From Lama guanicoe (taxonomy: Eukaryota), in contig MU057357.1 in the NCBI GenBank assembly GCA_013239625.1, forward strand, positions 20,659,298 to 20,723,297: a DNA stretch of 64,000 nt. Reading direction: 5' to 3'. Numbering within the stretch: position 1 is the stretch's first letter; every line of letters begins with the position of its first letter. The translations under genes and the position numbers were made by a program. A model generated the notes under the pieces. That model searched no databases, had not been told where the DNA came from, and saw nothing but the letters and a program-made list of their open reading frames with translations. Shown here piece after piece: positions 47,101-59,700 of the stretch.

Positions 47101-50100
47101 CTCAAGAGATAAAAACCTACGATAGAGGATCTTCTGGTGGCGTTTCTAAACCCAGTCCAACCCCAGCATGGGATGAAGGGCTCTCAAGTAGCCTGACTCG
47201 AACAGAGGAGCTTTGGCAAGGTTTCACGCTACATCTGAACTTTTGGCTCCTCGTAGCAACTTGGGATGAACAAACTGAATTAGGGAAATTAAGTGTGGTG
47301 GGGAGTGAGAACCTTCAGCCAATACTACAGATTAAACCAAATTAAACACTTTGAAGGGCCGAGAAACATCTCCTAGTCCTTCATGAGTTCTCATTTATTT
47401 ACACCACAGTGTTGCATTTCCTGCTGAGATCCAAACAAAATGGCTGAGAGAATTTTCTGAAGGCTACGCCCATCTGAACGGTCCAGTGATTTAGCTGTCT
47501 CAAGGAGTTTGGGAACTTGGAATCCAACTCAACAAGGGCTCTCAGTGGCCAAGAGCTAATCCCCAATAAATCACAGCCCCAGACAAGGTGTGGAAAATGT
47601 GGCTGACTCTCAGTTCTACTACCGATCTTTTCAATGACTTACTGCAGTTTCTGCTTTCCTTCCTCTTTAAAGTGGAAGCGATGACACCTGGTACCTGTGA
47701 AAATGAATGATCGCCATGATTTCCTGTGTAAGAGTCTCTTCAGTGCTTGCTTTAAAGGCTGGTTGCATTTTGGTGGGCGAAGTGGCTTCTCACAAGCTTT
47801 TATCAGCCCTGACTTGGCTAAGGTGGAGGCTTAAAACTTGGGGCACAACTTACTCACTCTGTCAGCTCCTCACTTGCCTTTTAGCAGGACTGGTTCCCAA
47901 GCCAAAAGAGCAAGTATTGAAAATATGGAACCTCATGGCTTCCCCTTACTTGCCCTTTGCATGGTCTTCTTTTTCTACACAGACCTTAAGATGGATGCCT
48001 TCAGGACATGACCACGTCCTGAAGAGGGCAGACCCGGGGTGAAGACTGGGGCAGGGAGCTCTTTTCTGTTGAAGTCTCCTTGTCTACTTCAGTCAGCAGC
48101 CCTCTTCAGAGAACCCTCATCAGAAAGACCCTCAGGGTTTTCTCCTTTTCTTCCTGTAAAGATGGTAGAAATCTCGGCCAGGGAAGAACAGCTGTGCTGA
48201 CCTGACAGAGGGGCAAACGGAGACTCCAGGAGGTCAGTGACTCAGCCAGGCCCTCGTACCTGGGTGGAGGGGCAGAGCTCTGCCGAGAAGGAGGCAGCCT
48301 GCTCCCAGGGCAGTACTCCTGGTCCAGTGCGCCTCCATATCCCCTGCTGCTCTCCTTCCAGGACCGTCCTGAGAGTGTCTCTGCTCCACATTCCAGACCC
48401 ATGGGGAGAAACGTAGCTCCTTAGAGTAGGTTCAGTTCATGACTGAGCATGGCTGTTCACCATTCATGCTGTAGTGTTGCAATTTACTGCCAAGGATGCT
48501 AAGGAACGTTCTCCTCTTCCAGGGTGGCGGAAGGTCCTAGACAGTCCAGGGAATGTTTTAATATCTAGCCACCTCGGGTCTTTTGCTCTGGAAAATCAGG
48601 ATGATAGGAATAGGTAAGACCTTGAATCACTCTTCACTGGGTACCTAACCCAGCTCTTGGTGATGCTAAGAGAAGGAAACTGGGGGACCTGAGGGGACCT
48701 AAGGAAACAAGGGGATCGTTCAGCCTGAGATGCAATGTCAATGTGAAAATGACCAGGTTTGGTTAAATTGGGGGGGTTTGTTTATTTGTAAAGTGGTGGC
48801 TACTCTGCTCACTCGATTACTCAAATTCTGTTAAACCCCATTTCAGGCACTCCTGAGTCCTTCCTCCTCTCACAAGGCTGGTCTGCAGCAGCTGGTGGTG
48901 GGAGGTGGGCTGAGACCTGCTCTCCTGCAGGGAAATATAGGCTGGAAGACTTGTGATCAGGCAATCCCTTTGAATTCCTCAGTGGATCTGATAAAAATGA
49001 ATTAAAGCCCCAAACCAAGAGAGCAGTGTATGAGTAAAAAGGCTCAGGTACCATGTTTGAAACCATCCCTATCCTTCAGATAGATAAAGGAGCCAGGACT
49101 CCCCATCCCCACCTCCTGCCCTTGCATCAGCCTCAATTCCACAGCCCCCTCCTCACTCCCACACTTTTCCTCCTGGCAGCATCCCAGTCCCATTTGCCCA
49201 ACCCCTACCCTGGACTCAGCCATCACTTCGAGTTCCCCCAGTAACACCCTACTGTCTTTTATGCTATCTTGGCGAGTCTTTGCTTCTGAACCACACTGAA
49301 GGGCCTTAATTATAGACACCTGGACCCATACATCTTCATTTCCTGAAGTCCTCTGCATGGTTCCGGGGCACGTAGGAAACCCTCTTAATAAGTGAAGGTT
49401 GGTGGTTGATTGGTTGGTTAGTGGGTGAATGGAGACTGCCCTTTGAAGAACAATGCAAATCAGCCTTCCCTCTCCGGGTGATGCCTACCACAGGAAACGT
49501 GAAGCCCCAAATCTCAGGTCACCACGCCTTTACATTCATGAGATGTCTCCGCGAGTTCCCATCAAAGTGGTGAGCCAGCAATGCAGGCAAACAGCCAGAG
49601 AGTGTGTATCTGCCCACCGGCGTCAAGACAAGGCAGACTCTTTGTTCTGCTGGAGTGGGGCGGTGGTGAGACAGGATAGTTGCACTGCTTGCCCACTCCC
49701 AGAATTTGAGGGAGTTGAGGGGAAAGGGTCTCCTCTAACCTTAATACAGTGCTGAGGGTCAGAATTCAGGTTTGGAATCAGGATGGCCAGAGACTGAATC
49801 CACACAGGGGCCAGAAGGAAATAGGGTCACATGAGCACAAAGGTTGAAAGTGGAAGTCGTGTGGGTGGTAAGTTCCATTCCTGACCTGTGTTCTCCTAAA
49901 GGTGTGGCCTGTTCCAGTCTCCCCCATCCGTCTCACACAAACATACCACCCACTGAAACAGAGTCCTGGAAGGTCCTCTCCGAGTTTTAACTTATTTAAA
50001 AAAATTAATTCCAGGTCCCTGGTCTCCACATTCTTTGCCACCTGCCTCACTTCCCCAGCTGCGTCTCCATCCTCCCCTCTCCCTTCTCTTCCTCCTCCCT

Positions 50101-51370
50101 CTCTTCTTTGAACGACAGGGACCCAGTGGACCCCCACACTCCCTGCCAGCATCCTGTGGAAACAGGCTGAAGTTTACCTCCCGGGCTCAACAAAAAAGTA
50201 AAGTGGCTCATGAAGGGCAAAGAGGCTTTTGAGAAAGAAAGCTCTTCATCAAACACAGATATCAAGAATATTAGCAAGGGGACTAGAGAAAATTGCTATC
50301 AAAGTAAATTGCTTTTTGTACAAATGTTCCCTTTACTGGGGTTTTCCCCAGGGTGTCATTCTTTCTTTAAGGCTTCATGAACAGATGCGCTTTTGAAAAT
50401 GTTGATTAACTTATCCTTTTCTCGACCCCTTCCCACTCACCCAAACTCCTGCGAGTGGTGATTATGCAAAAAGCCAAGTCAAGTCTCTAAAGGGTTCTTC
50501 ACCTGAAGTAGCCTTTGATCTTCCAGGTGCAGGAATCTCAGCCACATCTGGGCAATTACTTTCATAGAACCTTTAAAATGGACCCGTTCATGGGAGGTCA
50601 TCTCATCCAGTCCTCTGCCTGCAGAGACAAGAGGCCGTGATCTCCGGGGACAAAATGTTCTCATCGTCATTACCATCCTTTTACCCTTTTTCTTCCAAGA
50701 TCAATGCCACATCCACTCCTTTCCAGCCTGTGATCAATAGCGTCCTAAAGACTTCTTCCTTGAGGGTATGAGATGGCGCAAGATGCCATTCTAGCCTCCA
50801 AGACTTTGTCACATCCTTGGCAGAGGCTGAATCCCTAAAAGCAAGAACAGGATTTGGCCCAAAAGTCACTGGCAGGAGCCCCGCAGTTTTCTTCCTGGGC
50901 TGATTCACATAGTCTCATCCAGTGTGCTGCGTCCTTTAACTGTGAAGGTGTTAAGACATATGAGCATCCCATCAAAATGATTAATTGTTGGAAAGGTGAT
51001 GGCTTTCTTCCATGTTTGTTTTATCATAAGGTTAAAAAAAGGCTTTGGGTTGATTTCCACAAGCCTGATTGGATCCCTATGACAGACACCACTGCCTCTT
51101 GTTGCTTCTTGTTCACAGCCTGCGTGGTAGAGGCCTGGGGAGTAATGCAGGGGATGGGCATTGAGGTGGGGAGGCTGGCGTGGCCTGCAGGTGCCGGCTG
51201 CTGTTCTATAAACATGCCAGGGACAGGCTGGCCTTGTGGAGGATGGGTGCCGCATGGTGTCCATCCTTTCAACTAGGGTCTTGGCAAAGTTATTTTCTGC
51301 ATCCCTTACTGGTGGCCAAGAGTGTAAGAATGGGCTTTTAGCTCTTTGGCCAGGAATGAGGAAGACTTCT

Positions 51371-51540
51371 TTTTTTTTTAACATTTTTTATTGATTTATA
51401 ATCATTTAACAATGTTGTGTCAAATTCCAGTGTAGAGCACAATTTTTTCAGTTATACGTGAACATATATATATATTCATTGTCACATTCCTTTCTCTGTG
51501 AGCTACCATAAGATCTTGTATATATTTCCCTGTGCTACAA
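51371..51540 (-). mobile_element. Young 5'-truncated LINE1 3' end with perfect 12-bp TSD
   Basis: Poly-T followed by L1 3' UTR-like sequence (...ttgtatatatttccctgtgcta). TSD aggaagacttct at 51359-51370 and 51541-51552. Confidence 0.8.
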
Positions 51541-52757
51541 AGGAAGACTTCTAACATGATGAAAACCACTGCCTCCAGAAAAAGACTGAAATTCAAGTGT
51601 GGCAGTGATAGATCGAGCCTCAGTTCAGGTCATGGTCAAGTAGCTCTTCCCTGAGACGTTGTGCCAATGAGGGAGAAGTTCAGGCTGGTCTGAAGTTCTT
51701 TTTTTCTCTCTTGTGTAATCTTTTAGCCATTTGGGAGTTTGGGTTTGTTTTAAGGCTTGATTTTTGGGTATCAGTTTATAGTGTTGACATCAAAGTAGTT
51801 CACCTGACTTTGGGTCAAATGAAATTCCTAGAGGCCACATATGTTCACCAGGACCATCTTGGGCTCCCAGCCAGGACAGGCATCACTAACTTGTGAGGTA
51901 GGAAAAATGATAAGACCCCACTCTATATTTGATTCTCTTTTTTAATGTTTTACCATTTTAGACAGGTAATTTCCATTGGCTCTGATTTCTATAAGATGGA
52001 CAGCATAGTGAATAGAAACCTGGATTACCCCTCCCCCAAAAAAATTATCATAAAAAAAGAAGTTAGACAGTGATAATACTGAAGAAAAATTCAGAGTGAA
52101 TTAACTTATCTCTGTTCAAGCCTGGGCTAGTCAGACTGGATGCTCATGTTTGATCTATTCTAAACAGTGAAGAAAGCCAACGGGAAAAACAGAATGGGAA
52201 GGAAAGAGAGGAGACCTTAGCATGGATATGTGGAGGTGGACAGGCATTTTAATGTTCTTTCGAGTTCTGCTTCTACATTAAAACATGTAATGATGAAACC
52301 TGACTTCCTTAAATACCATCCATTTATTTGAAACCCAAAGGAGAAGGACTCTTGTACTTTGTGTCCACACAGATGCATGCATCTGAGGAAGGCAGGATGT
52401 TAGACTGAAAGAACTCACAGTCCTGGCAACTGACAGGGCGTGAGAGGCTGTTGAAGTTGCCTTCGATAAAATTCAGACCTATATTGGTAATAAACAACAG
52501 TCATTATAAAGACACAAGTGAGAGTTTACTCGGCACTAAAGATCTTTCTTATTGTTTCTGTTCTTCTGGTTGCTGTTGCAAATAAAGACCAATTATTTGA
52601 AGGGGAAAGTCTCTAGGAATGTACATACTAAACGATCCAGAAGATTCTTTAGCTGCCCACGGTGCTGGGAATCATTCTCAGAAAGGTTGTGTCTCTGCCT
52701 TTTACATGGCATAGAACTTGTTATAACTCAACTTTTATGTTTTCTTTTTCCTTACAG

Positions 52758-52808
52758 TGGACATCCCAGAAATACATGGGAGAGAGGGCTACGAGGATGA
52801 AATTGATG
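52758..52808 (+). CDS. NRP2: NRP2 cassette exon 16a (51 nt): (V)DIPEIHGREGYEDEID, the 17-aa insert of NRP2a(17)/(22)
   Basis: Acceptor tttctttttccttacag|TG and donor GATG|gtgagt. Phase 1/1, so it can be skipped in frame. Confidence 0.94.
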
Positions 52809-53912
52809 GTGAGTTTTGCTGTGATTTAGCAGATAATCAGGAAATTTGAGTCTGGCTATAAAGGCATCAACAAAAATAATGCACAGGGTATTGGAGGGCC
52901 AGAATTTAGAACTATCAGTCAGAAATAAAAGTGACAAGAATCCAGAGAGGAAAGAAGAAACCATCAATCGCTCTGTCAAGGTCAAATTTAGAGATTTAGA
53001 AATTTATTGAGTTCCCTCTGCCTAATCTGAAACAGGTCTCCCACTTTGGGCAACTTTTGACACTGATGGACTTCAAATCTGAATAAACCCTTTTGAAGTG
53101 AAAGTCAGCCTCCTCTATACATGTCACTGCTAGAACCCACTGACCTCCTTCCCAAAAGGGCTGGGTGAATGAGCATAACCGTGAATATTCCCTCAGGCTG
53201 CTGTGGTTTCCAGGCCCCTGGCTTGCAAGAACCTTTTTCACACTACCCAAGACTCCAAGCTGGGGCTTGTTGCAGGATTTAGGTTTCTCATCCACACTGC
53301 CCACCCCATATTTTCATATTTATTCCAGGCTCTATTTTCCCACTTCAAATTCCCGTACTTCAAGAGACTGAAGTGGGAGTCCCTACTGGGAGGCCCACTG
53401 AGCAAACATGCAGATGTAGTTTCTTCCCTGGACTCAGAGCAGCCCAGGTCTCTCTGGGTGTCCCTGAGTGCCAGAGCTGATCTCCAAGAGAGATCACCAA
53501 GGTTCCCCTCAAAGAACAGCTTTAGACCAAGATTGATGTGTTTGAGAAGAGCAGTTTATAGAGCAGCTGCTTTTAACCTGACCTTAATCAAACACTTCAA
53601 GTGTAGTTATAGAAACAGAGCGACGAACCCAAACAGCACCTTGTTAACTGGATGCAGGCGCTCCCCGCCAAGCCCAGTCTAACGCTCCTTTTATGGGCAG
53701 AGCTGCCTGCGCACACGGCCCCCACAGAGAGGCGGCGATAGATGGAGCGGCAGAAGCCCTGGGACGGGGCAGAAAGAGTCTTAAAGCCTCAGTTTCCTCA
53801 TCTAGTTTTTAATTTTATATTATCACCCTGCCTTCTGCATGGGATTGTTAGGAAATCCCATAAAATCAGACATGGGTGTGGCCGTGCCTTGGCCACACCA
53901 TAGAAATATAAT

Positions 53913-54322
53913 TGTATTAGTTTGCTGGGGCTGCGTAACAAAGTACCAGGGACTGGGTGGTTTAGATAACAGACTTCTATTTTCTCCTGTTCTGGAGGCT
54001 GGAAGTCCAAGATCAAGGTGTCAACAGAGCTGGTTCCTTCTGAGGGCCGGGAGGGAAAGATCTGTCCCAAGCCTTTCTCCTTGGCTTGTAGACGGTCTTC
54101 TCCATGTCTGCGTGGCATTCTCCTACCTGTGTCTGTCTTTCAGTTTCCCCTTTTTAATAAAGACACCAGTCATGCTGGATGAGGGCCCACCCTGAGGAAC
54201 TCATTTTAACTTGTTTACCTCCATAAAGACCTGATCTCCAAATAGGGTCACATTCTGAGGTGCTAGGGGTTAGAATTCAACTGAGTCAGGGGTGGGGAGG
54301 GAACATACTTTAGTCCATAGCA
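53913..54322 (-). mobile_element. MaLR solo LTR (MLT1A/B-like)
   Basis: TG...CA ends. tgtattagtttgctggggctgcgtaacaaagtacc...ttctggaggctggaagtccaagatcaaggtg...ccaaatagggtcacattctgaggtgctaggggttag. Confidence 0.85.
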
Positions 54323-54589
54323 GTGAGGTAAGATTTATACCAAGTGAGGTCTAGTGGCTCAAAAATAATCTGCTGCTTGGAGGGCTAGGAGCGCTAAATT
54401 GGGATATTCATCACATCAAAATAGTCTCAGCCTGTCCTTTGATTTAACCTAAAGCAGCTGGAAGTGAGGGGTGAGGAGGCAAAGAAAGAAGGGTGCCTGG
54501 AACACAAAGCCATCCTAGGTGCTTCGAAGGCACCCTGAAGTTTCTGTGAAAATCTGAGCTTACCTGATATGAATCAAATGATTTAAGTA

Positions 54590-54825
54590 TTAAATATTTA
54601 GACTATGCTTACATTGTGCTGGACACCAAGCACTTTACAAATATTAATTCATTTAAACTGCCTAACAACCGGTAAGGTAGATTTTATCAGTATCATCATT
54701 TCACAGATGAGAGAACTGAGGCAAAGAGAAGTTAAGTAACTTACCCAAGGTTACACAGCTAGGGATGAGGCAGGGCTGGGCTCTGAAGCCAGGCGGTGTA
54801 GTTCCAGAGGCCTACTGCTTAGCCC
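54590..54825 (-). mobile_element. MIR SINE just upstream of exon 17
   Basis: catttcacagatgagagaactgaggcaaagagaagttaagtaacttacccaaggttacacagctag. Confidence 0.8.
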
Positions 54826-54922
54826 TGGGCTCTGAAGGACATCTGAACTGGGCTGGGGAGCCTCTGTTACTTCACCCCGCAGGAAGCAGTGTCTGCAATC
54901 TGTCACATCCTTTATGTCCTAG

Positions 54923-55227
54923 ATGACTACGAGGTGGACTGGAGCAACTCTTCTTCCCCAACCTCTGGGTCTGGTGCCCCTCTGGCCGACAAAGAAAAGA
55001 GCTGGCTCTACACACTTGACCCCATCCTCATCACCATCATTGCCATGAGCTCGCTGGGCGTGCTGCTGGGGGCCACGTGCGCGGGGCTTCTGCTCTACTG
55101 CACCTGCTCCTACTCGGGCCTGAGCTCCCGCAGCTGTACCACGCTGGAGAACTACAACTTCGAGCTTTACGATGGCCTCAAGCACAAGGTCAAGATGAAC
55201 CACCAGAAGTGCTGCTCGGAGGCCTGA
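54923..55227 (+). CDS. NRP2: NRP2 exon 17 coding part (NRP2a): juxtamembrane, TM helix ILITIIAMSSLGVLLGATCAGLLLY, cytoplasmic tail ending SEA* (PDZ ligand for GIPC1)
   Basis: Acceptor tgtcctag|AT, TGA at 55225-55227. GxxxG-containing TM segment and C-terminal SEA. Confidence 0.97.
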
Positions 55228-55285
55228 CGCACTGCACCCAAGTCACATTTCATTCCAGCAAGAGGGGCTAGTCAAGATTACCGTG

Positions 55286-55327
55286 GTTTTTTTTGTTGTT
55301 GTTGTTGTTGTTTTTTGTTTTGTTTTT
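55286..55327 (+). repeat. T-rich/(GTT)n tract in 3' UTR
   Basis: ttttttttgttgttgttgttgttgttttttgttttgttttt. Confidence 0.85.
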
Positions 55328-56521
55328 CCCTTTGGAAACTGAAGGCCATAATCTCGATCAAACCGATCCAGAATACCGAAGGTGTGGACAGAACAGACAG
55401 GCGAGTCGAGGGAGGAGGGCAGATGCAGCCGTGCAGGGGGTTATGACCCACCTAGGACCGCATGGCTGAGTCGTTGCTGGGACAAAGACGGGAGCTCATC
55501 TCTTTGGGGTCACAGTTCTCTTTTGTTTGTGACTTTGTTATTATTACATTTTATTTCTTTGGTCTGTGAGCAACTCAAGAGAATGATCTTTCCAGTACAG
55601 AGCGGTGATCAATATTCTCCACTTTCTCTTTCTAATCAACATTTGGAAAGCAAAGGGTCTTTTCAGACTTTCCATCTTTGGAAGAAAAAAACTCCACCCA
55701 AAAGCCGTCCAGTTTATCCTGTCCTCTGATCGTCGTGTGACTTACGGGATTTGCAGGCTGTGGGTCCCGCCAGCCAACTTGACAAGCTGCCGTTTCCAGT
55801 CCCAGCATTTCAGTAGGATGTTGTTGCCTTTAACTTTTTTTATCCAGGGGAAAATTGCCATTTTAGGGTCAGCACGAATAGCTCTTTCTTACATGCGATG
55901 TAAAACAAACCAGAAAGGAAACTTCACACATCAGAATCCGTAGGAGCGCCTCCACGTAAGAAGCGGACGAGCCTTAACGTGCTTTGTGAATAGGAGCCAT
56001 TCGTTCGATCTAGAATTTGTGGCTGTGAGGCTACTTTGTGGGGCCTCCGGTGGTGGTTTGGCTTTTTCTTTTCCCTCCTCCTTGTTCCTCTAAAACATAC
56101 ACGTACACACATGCACACACGCACATGTATCAGGTCTCCAAGCCCCAGGAAACGACATTGTTCGACAGTCTCCGAAATGGGGCTGGGGAAATACAGGCTA
56201 TTAGTATGTTTTCTCCATCAGTGAGACTAACTGGTGACCACTGGACCAGGAGAATGGTGGAGACAGAAAAAGAAGGCCATCCTCTGTAATCATGTGATCA
56301 GAATCACATGATCATGAGCAGACTGTAAGAGACATTCTGAGAAATTACTCTCTCTCTGATAGGCTAGAAAACACTGACTTCTCCTTAGGGTTCCAGCCTC
56401 CTTGTCAGCCTTTCAGAAGCATCAGAACTAGGATGTACGTGAGCTGATTCTAACCAGAAGTCTGCAAGCACTAGGGACCAAAACGCTAACACTGCTTCAA
56501 CCTCAGAGAGACCTATGTTGT

Positions 56522-56542
56522 CACACACACACACACACACAC
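56522..56542 (+). repeat. (CA)10 microsatellite in 3' UTR
   Basis: Directly visible. Confidence 0.9.
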
Positions 56543-58067
56543 CAATTTATGTATTTTTTTATTAAGTGCCTTGGAAAAAAATGAAGAAAAAGATGTATTT
56601 TCCTTCTATGTAGAAATCAGTGACTATCATACAAGTTAAGGCGTTCCTCTTCCCTAACCCCACGGTTCCACGTCCAGTTGCCCCCTCACCGCTGATTGTT
56701 CTAATGGAGTAAAGCCTTGCCACTCAGTGGTCGTCCTCGCCCAACACGACGCTCAGCTACTGTGGAAGGGGAGGCCTTAGGACTATCATGAAACTGTGTG
56801 AAGGAGATTGTCCGCGTCCAGATCCAAATCTTGATTTTACAGTGACACCCAAGGATTGCCTGTGTGCTGGAAATACACTGGGAACCCGACCGGTATGCCC
56901 AGCCTGTGCTTATCAGCGGTAAGCTGTCAGACCATTTTTGCTGCTATGGTCACCCATAATTTCATTTGTCTCAGACCCAGGTGAAAGGGGAGGGGTGAAT
57001 GGGACTGGCCGGTTCCTTAAAACGTTAACTTATGGAAATGCTAGTTCAAGTGGTAATGTCACAGTGTTTTGTATGCAGAGAGGGAGAGTTCATACCGACA
57101 GCTATTTATTCATATGTGTGTATGTCTTTGCCCACCTTTGAGTTCTCTGTAGCTACTGTGTATGTGAATGGTCACGTGGGACTCAGTGGTGTTGTGACTT
57201 TGACCTAGGGCCCGAGTGTCACTGCTGATCTCGGCACTCGTTGGCACAGTGGTAGTTAGAGGTGAAAAGCAAAGCTGTCAAGCCCAAAGGCTTAGCTTCT
57301 GGCCCCCCTGAGCTGGGCATGCAGCAGAAGCAAGTTCTTGATTAACCCATCTTCCTCTTCGCCTTCCCGTGTAGCTCAGTGTTCAGGAAGCTAGCAAGTC
57401 CAAGGGTTTCCAGAGTTCGCCTGCAGAAAAAGAGAGTTCAAAAGCCGACCCTTGGGGTCCTGGCTTTCTCATGTCCCATGGGCTATTTTACCACTCCCCA
57501 AAGACCAGCCCTGCCTCCGAGGGCTTACAGTTCACCTCTAAGTTACATACAACTCAACCTGCATCCCTTTAACAGTCCTGTATCCCTGGTCACCACTGGT
57601 TGGTTTGAGGCCCTGAGTAGGCTCGGACGGATGAACAGAAGCAGGCCATCCAGGGCTACACGTAGATACCTCCCCAGCACTGGAGGCTGGTCTGCTGTAA
57701 GAAAGACAGCGGGGTCCGATCATAACCTAGCCAGGGGACACCCCAGTGCATTTGTTATCTGTAGGTAGGCTAGCTGACCCGTCTCCTTGAGTCATTCCCT
57801 TTGGGAAACCCAACTCAACAGTATTGATCTCCGTTTTCGCCTCGTAATGAATGACACATTACCTCCACGCTCTCCCGGGCTAGGTAATCAACAGGGGCCC
57901 CAGGGCTGCTTCCTCTCTTAGGTGGGGATGGGGAGTGGACAGGGATACGGGTCCGAGGAATGAGCATGAATGGCGAGAACACAAGGGAAGAAGTTAAACT
58001 GTCACGCAGAAGGTTAACGTTTCCAAGGGTTTCAGTTAAAGGTATTTGACCATTCGCTGGCTGAGCC

Positions 58068-58222
58068 NNNNNNNNNNNNNNNNNNNNNNNNNNNNNNNNN
58101 NNNNNNNNNNNNNNNNNNNNNNNNNNNNNNNNNNNNNNNNNNNNNNNNNNNNNNNNNNNNNNNNNNNNNNNNNNNNNNNNNNNNNNNNNNNNNNNNNNNN
58201 NNNNNNNNNNNNNNNNNNNNNN
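58068..58222. other. Assembly gap (155 N)
   Basis: Run of N. Confidence 0.99.
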
Positions 58223-58637
58223 GAGACAAAGAGACTTGGGTTCAGGGTGACCAGATCATCCCAGTTTGCCTGAGACGTACCTGGGTTTTAGCACTGGAAG
58301 TTTCGTGTCCTGGGAAACTCTTCAATGCCAGCCAAATCAAGATGGTTGGTCATTTTCTTGGGACAATGTTTCTCAACACTTTTATGTGAAGTTAGTAGGT
58401 AGAACAGCTACCTGGCTTTTTAGCAAACGAAAATATGATGGGATGGGTAACGGGCTACCTGGCTAGGTGGGCTACTTTAACTTGAAGACTTACCTGGTAG
58501 ATTTCTGAGACTGTGATCTCAACAAAGAGTCCTTCTCCAGGGACATCACCAGTCCCTTGCAACTTGTGACTCGTTGTTGCTTCCTTCCTGCTCAAACATT
58601 TGCTTGTCAATATCTCTGGTGATTTCAAGGTCTCTAA

Positions 58638-58828
58638 GAGTGCTTCTCAAAGTGTGGTCCCTGGACCAGCAACACTAGCCTCACTTGGGAACTTGTCAGG
58701 GGTGTACTATCTCCGTCTCCACCTGGCATCTACGGAATCAAAAATTCTGGGAGGAGGGCCTAGGGATTTGCATTTTAACAAGCCCTTCCGGGCGGTTCCA
58801 ATGCACTTTCAAGTTTCAGAACCTCCGG
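58638..58828. mobile_element. hAT-Charlie MITE (MER5A-like)
   Basis: agtgcttctcaaagtgtggtccctggaccagcaac...ttgggaacttgt...gaatcaaaaattctgg...tgcattttaacaagccc...aagtttcagaacctc. Confidence 0.8.
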
Positions 58829-59469
58829 TCTCGCAGAAAGGCAAAGTAGCCTGGCTTCCCAAAGTGATTAGGGATTTTTCACCTGTAGGTTATTGGATTC
58901 AAGACAAACTAGACTTTGGCTAGAGAAAGCTAAAGGAGGTCAAGGACATTCCTAAATAGCACAAGTTTCCAGGGAAGGAGGAAGGAAAACCCTTACTATG
59001 AACTTCCTCCCCACCTCCCTGCACCACGACACACACGCAAATGAGAAACTTGAAGCTGTGAATTGGAGATGAATTTGCCCCAATCCTGAATCTCTGTTCG
59101 CATTTGGTTCAGTTTTATCCAAGAAATGTTTTTTAGCACGTCCTGATTTTGTAAGCTTTTGGAGCTTATGCTCCAGTGAAGTGAACGGAAAGCAAACAGT
59201 CAAATACTGAAGAAGAGGATTGGTTATGGTAAACTCAATGAAGGTGATAAACAGGTAGCTCTAATAGAGAATTACTAGATATTAAAGGTATAATATTTGT
59301 GTAACTTGAGTTCATATTTGCAAAACATGGGATTTGGGTTAATTATATTGACTACAACTTATCCGTTGTATAGTCAACAACACTTATCATGAAACCTAAT
59401 GAATCTGATATAATACAATATATCTCTCAGAAGCTTTTTTAAAAAAAGAATTACCAAGGCCACTCCCTC

Positions 59470-59700
59470 TAAAGGATTGATCAGGGAAGGCTTCCCTGAG
59501 GAGGTGATATTCAAGCTAAAACCTGAAAAGATAAGGAGTCGGCTAAGCAAAGTACCTGGGCAAGCTTTCCAAACTGAAAAAACAGCATATAGAACAGCAT
59601 CCTGCTGTGGGAAAGAGTTTGCTGTGTTCCTAGGACCACAAAGCAGGGCAATGAAGGCATGAAAACAGCAGGGAAAGGTATCGAGGCTGGGGAGCCAGGT
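59470..59700 (-). mobile_element. LINE2 fragment
   Basis: gatcagggaaggcttccctgaggaggtgatattcaagctaaaacctgaa. Confidence 0.6.

Larger units (their letters stand above)
1..58067 (+). other. NRP2: NRP2 gene, 3' part (intron 7 to 3' UTR; 5' exons lie upstream of the window, 3' end not resolved)
   Basis: Ten spliced exons in consistent phase translate to recognisable neuropilin-2 b1/b2, linker, MAM, TM and C-terminal SEA sequence. Confidence 0.97.
55228..58067 (+). other. NRP2: NRP2a 3' UTR (runs at least towards the gap at 58068)
   Basis: Repeat-poor sequence after the stop codon with U-rich tracts and miRNA seed matches. No AATAAA noticed before the gap. Confidence 0.65.
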
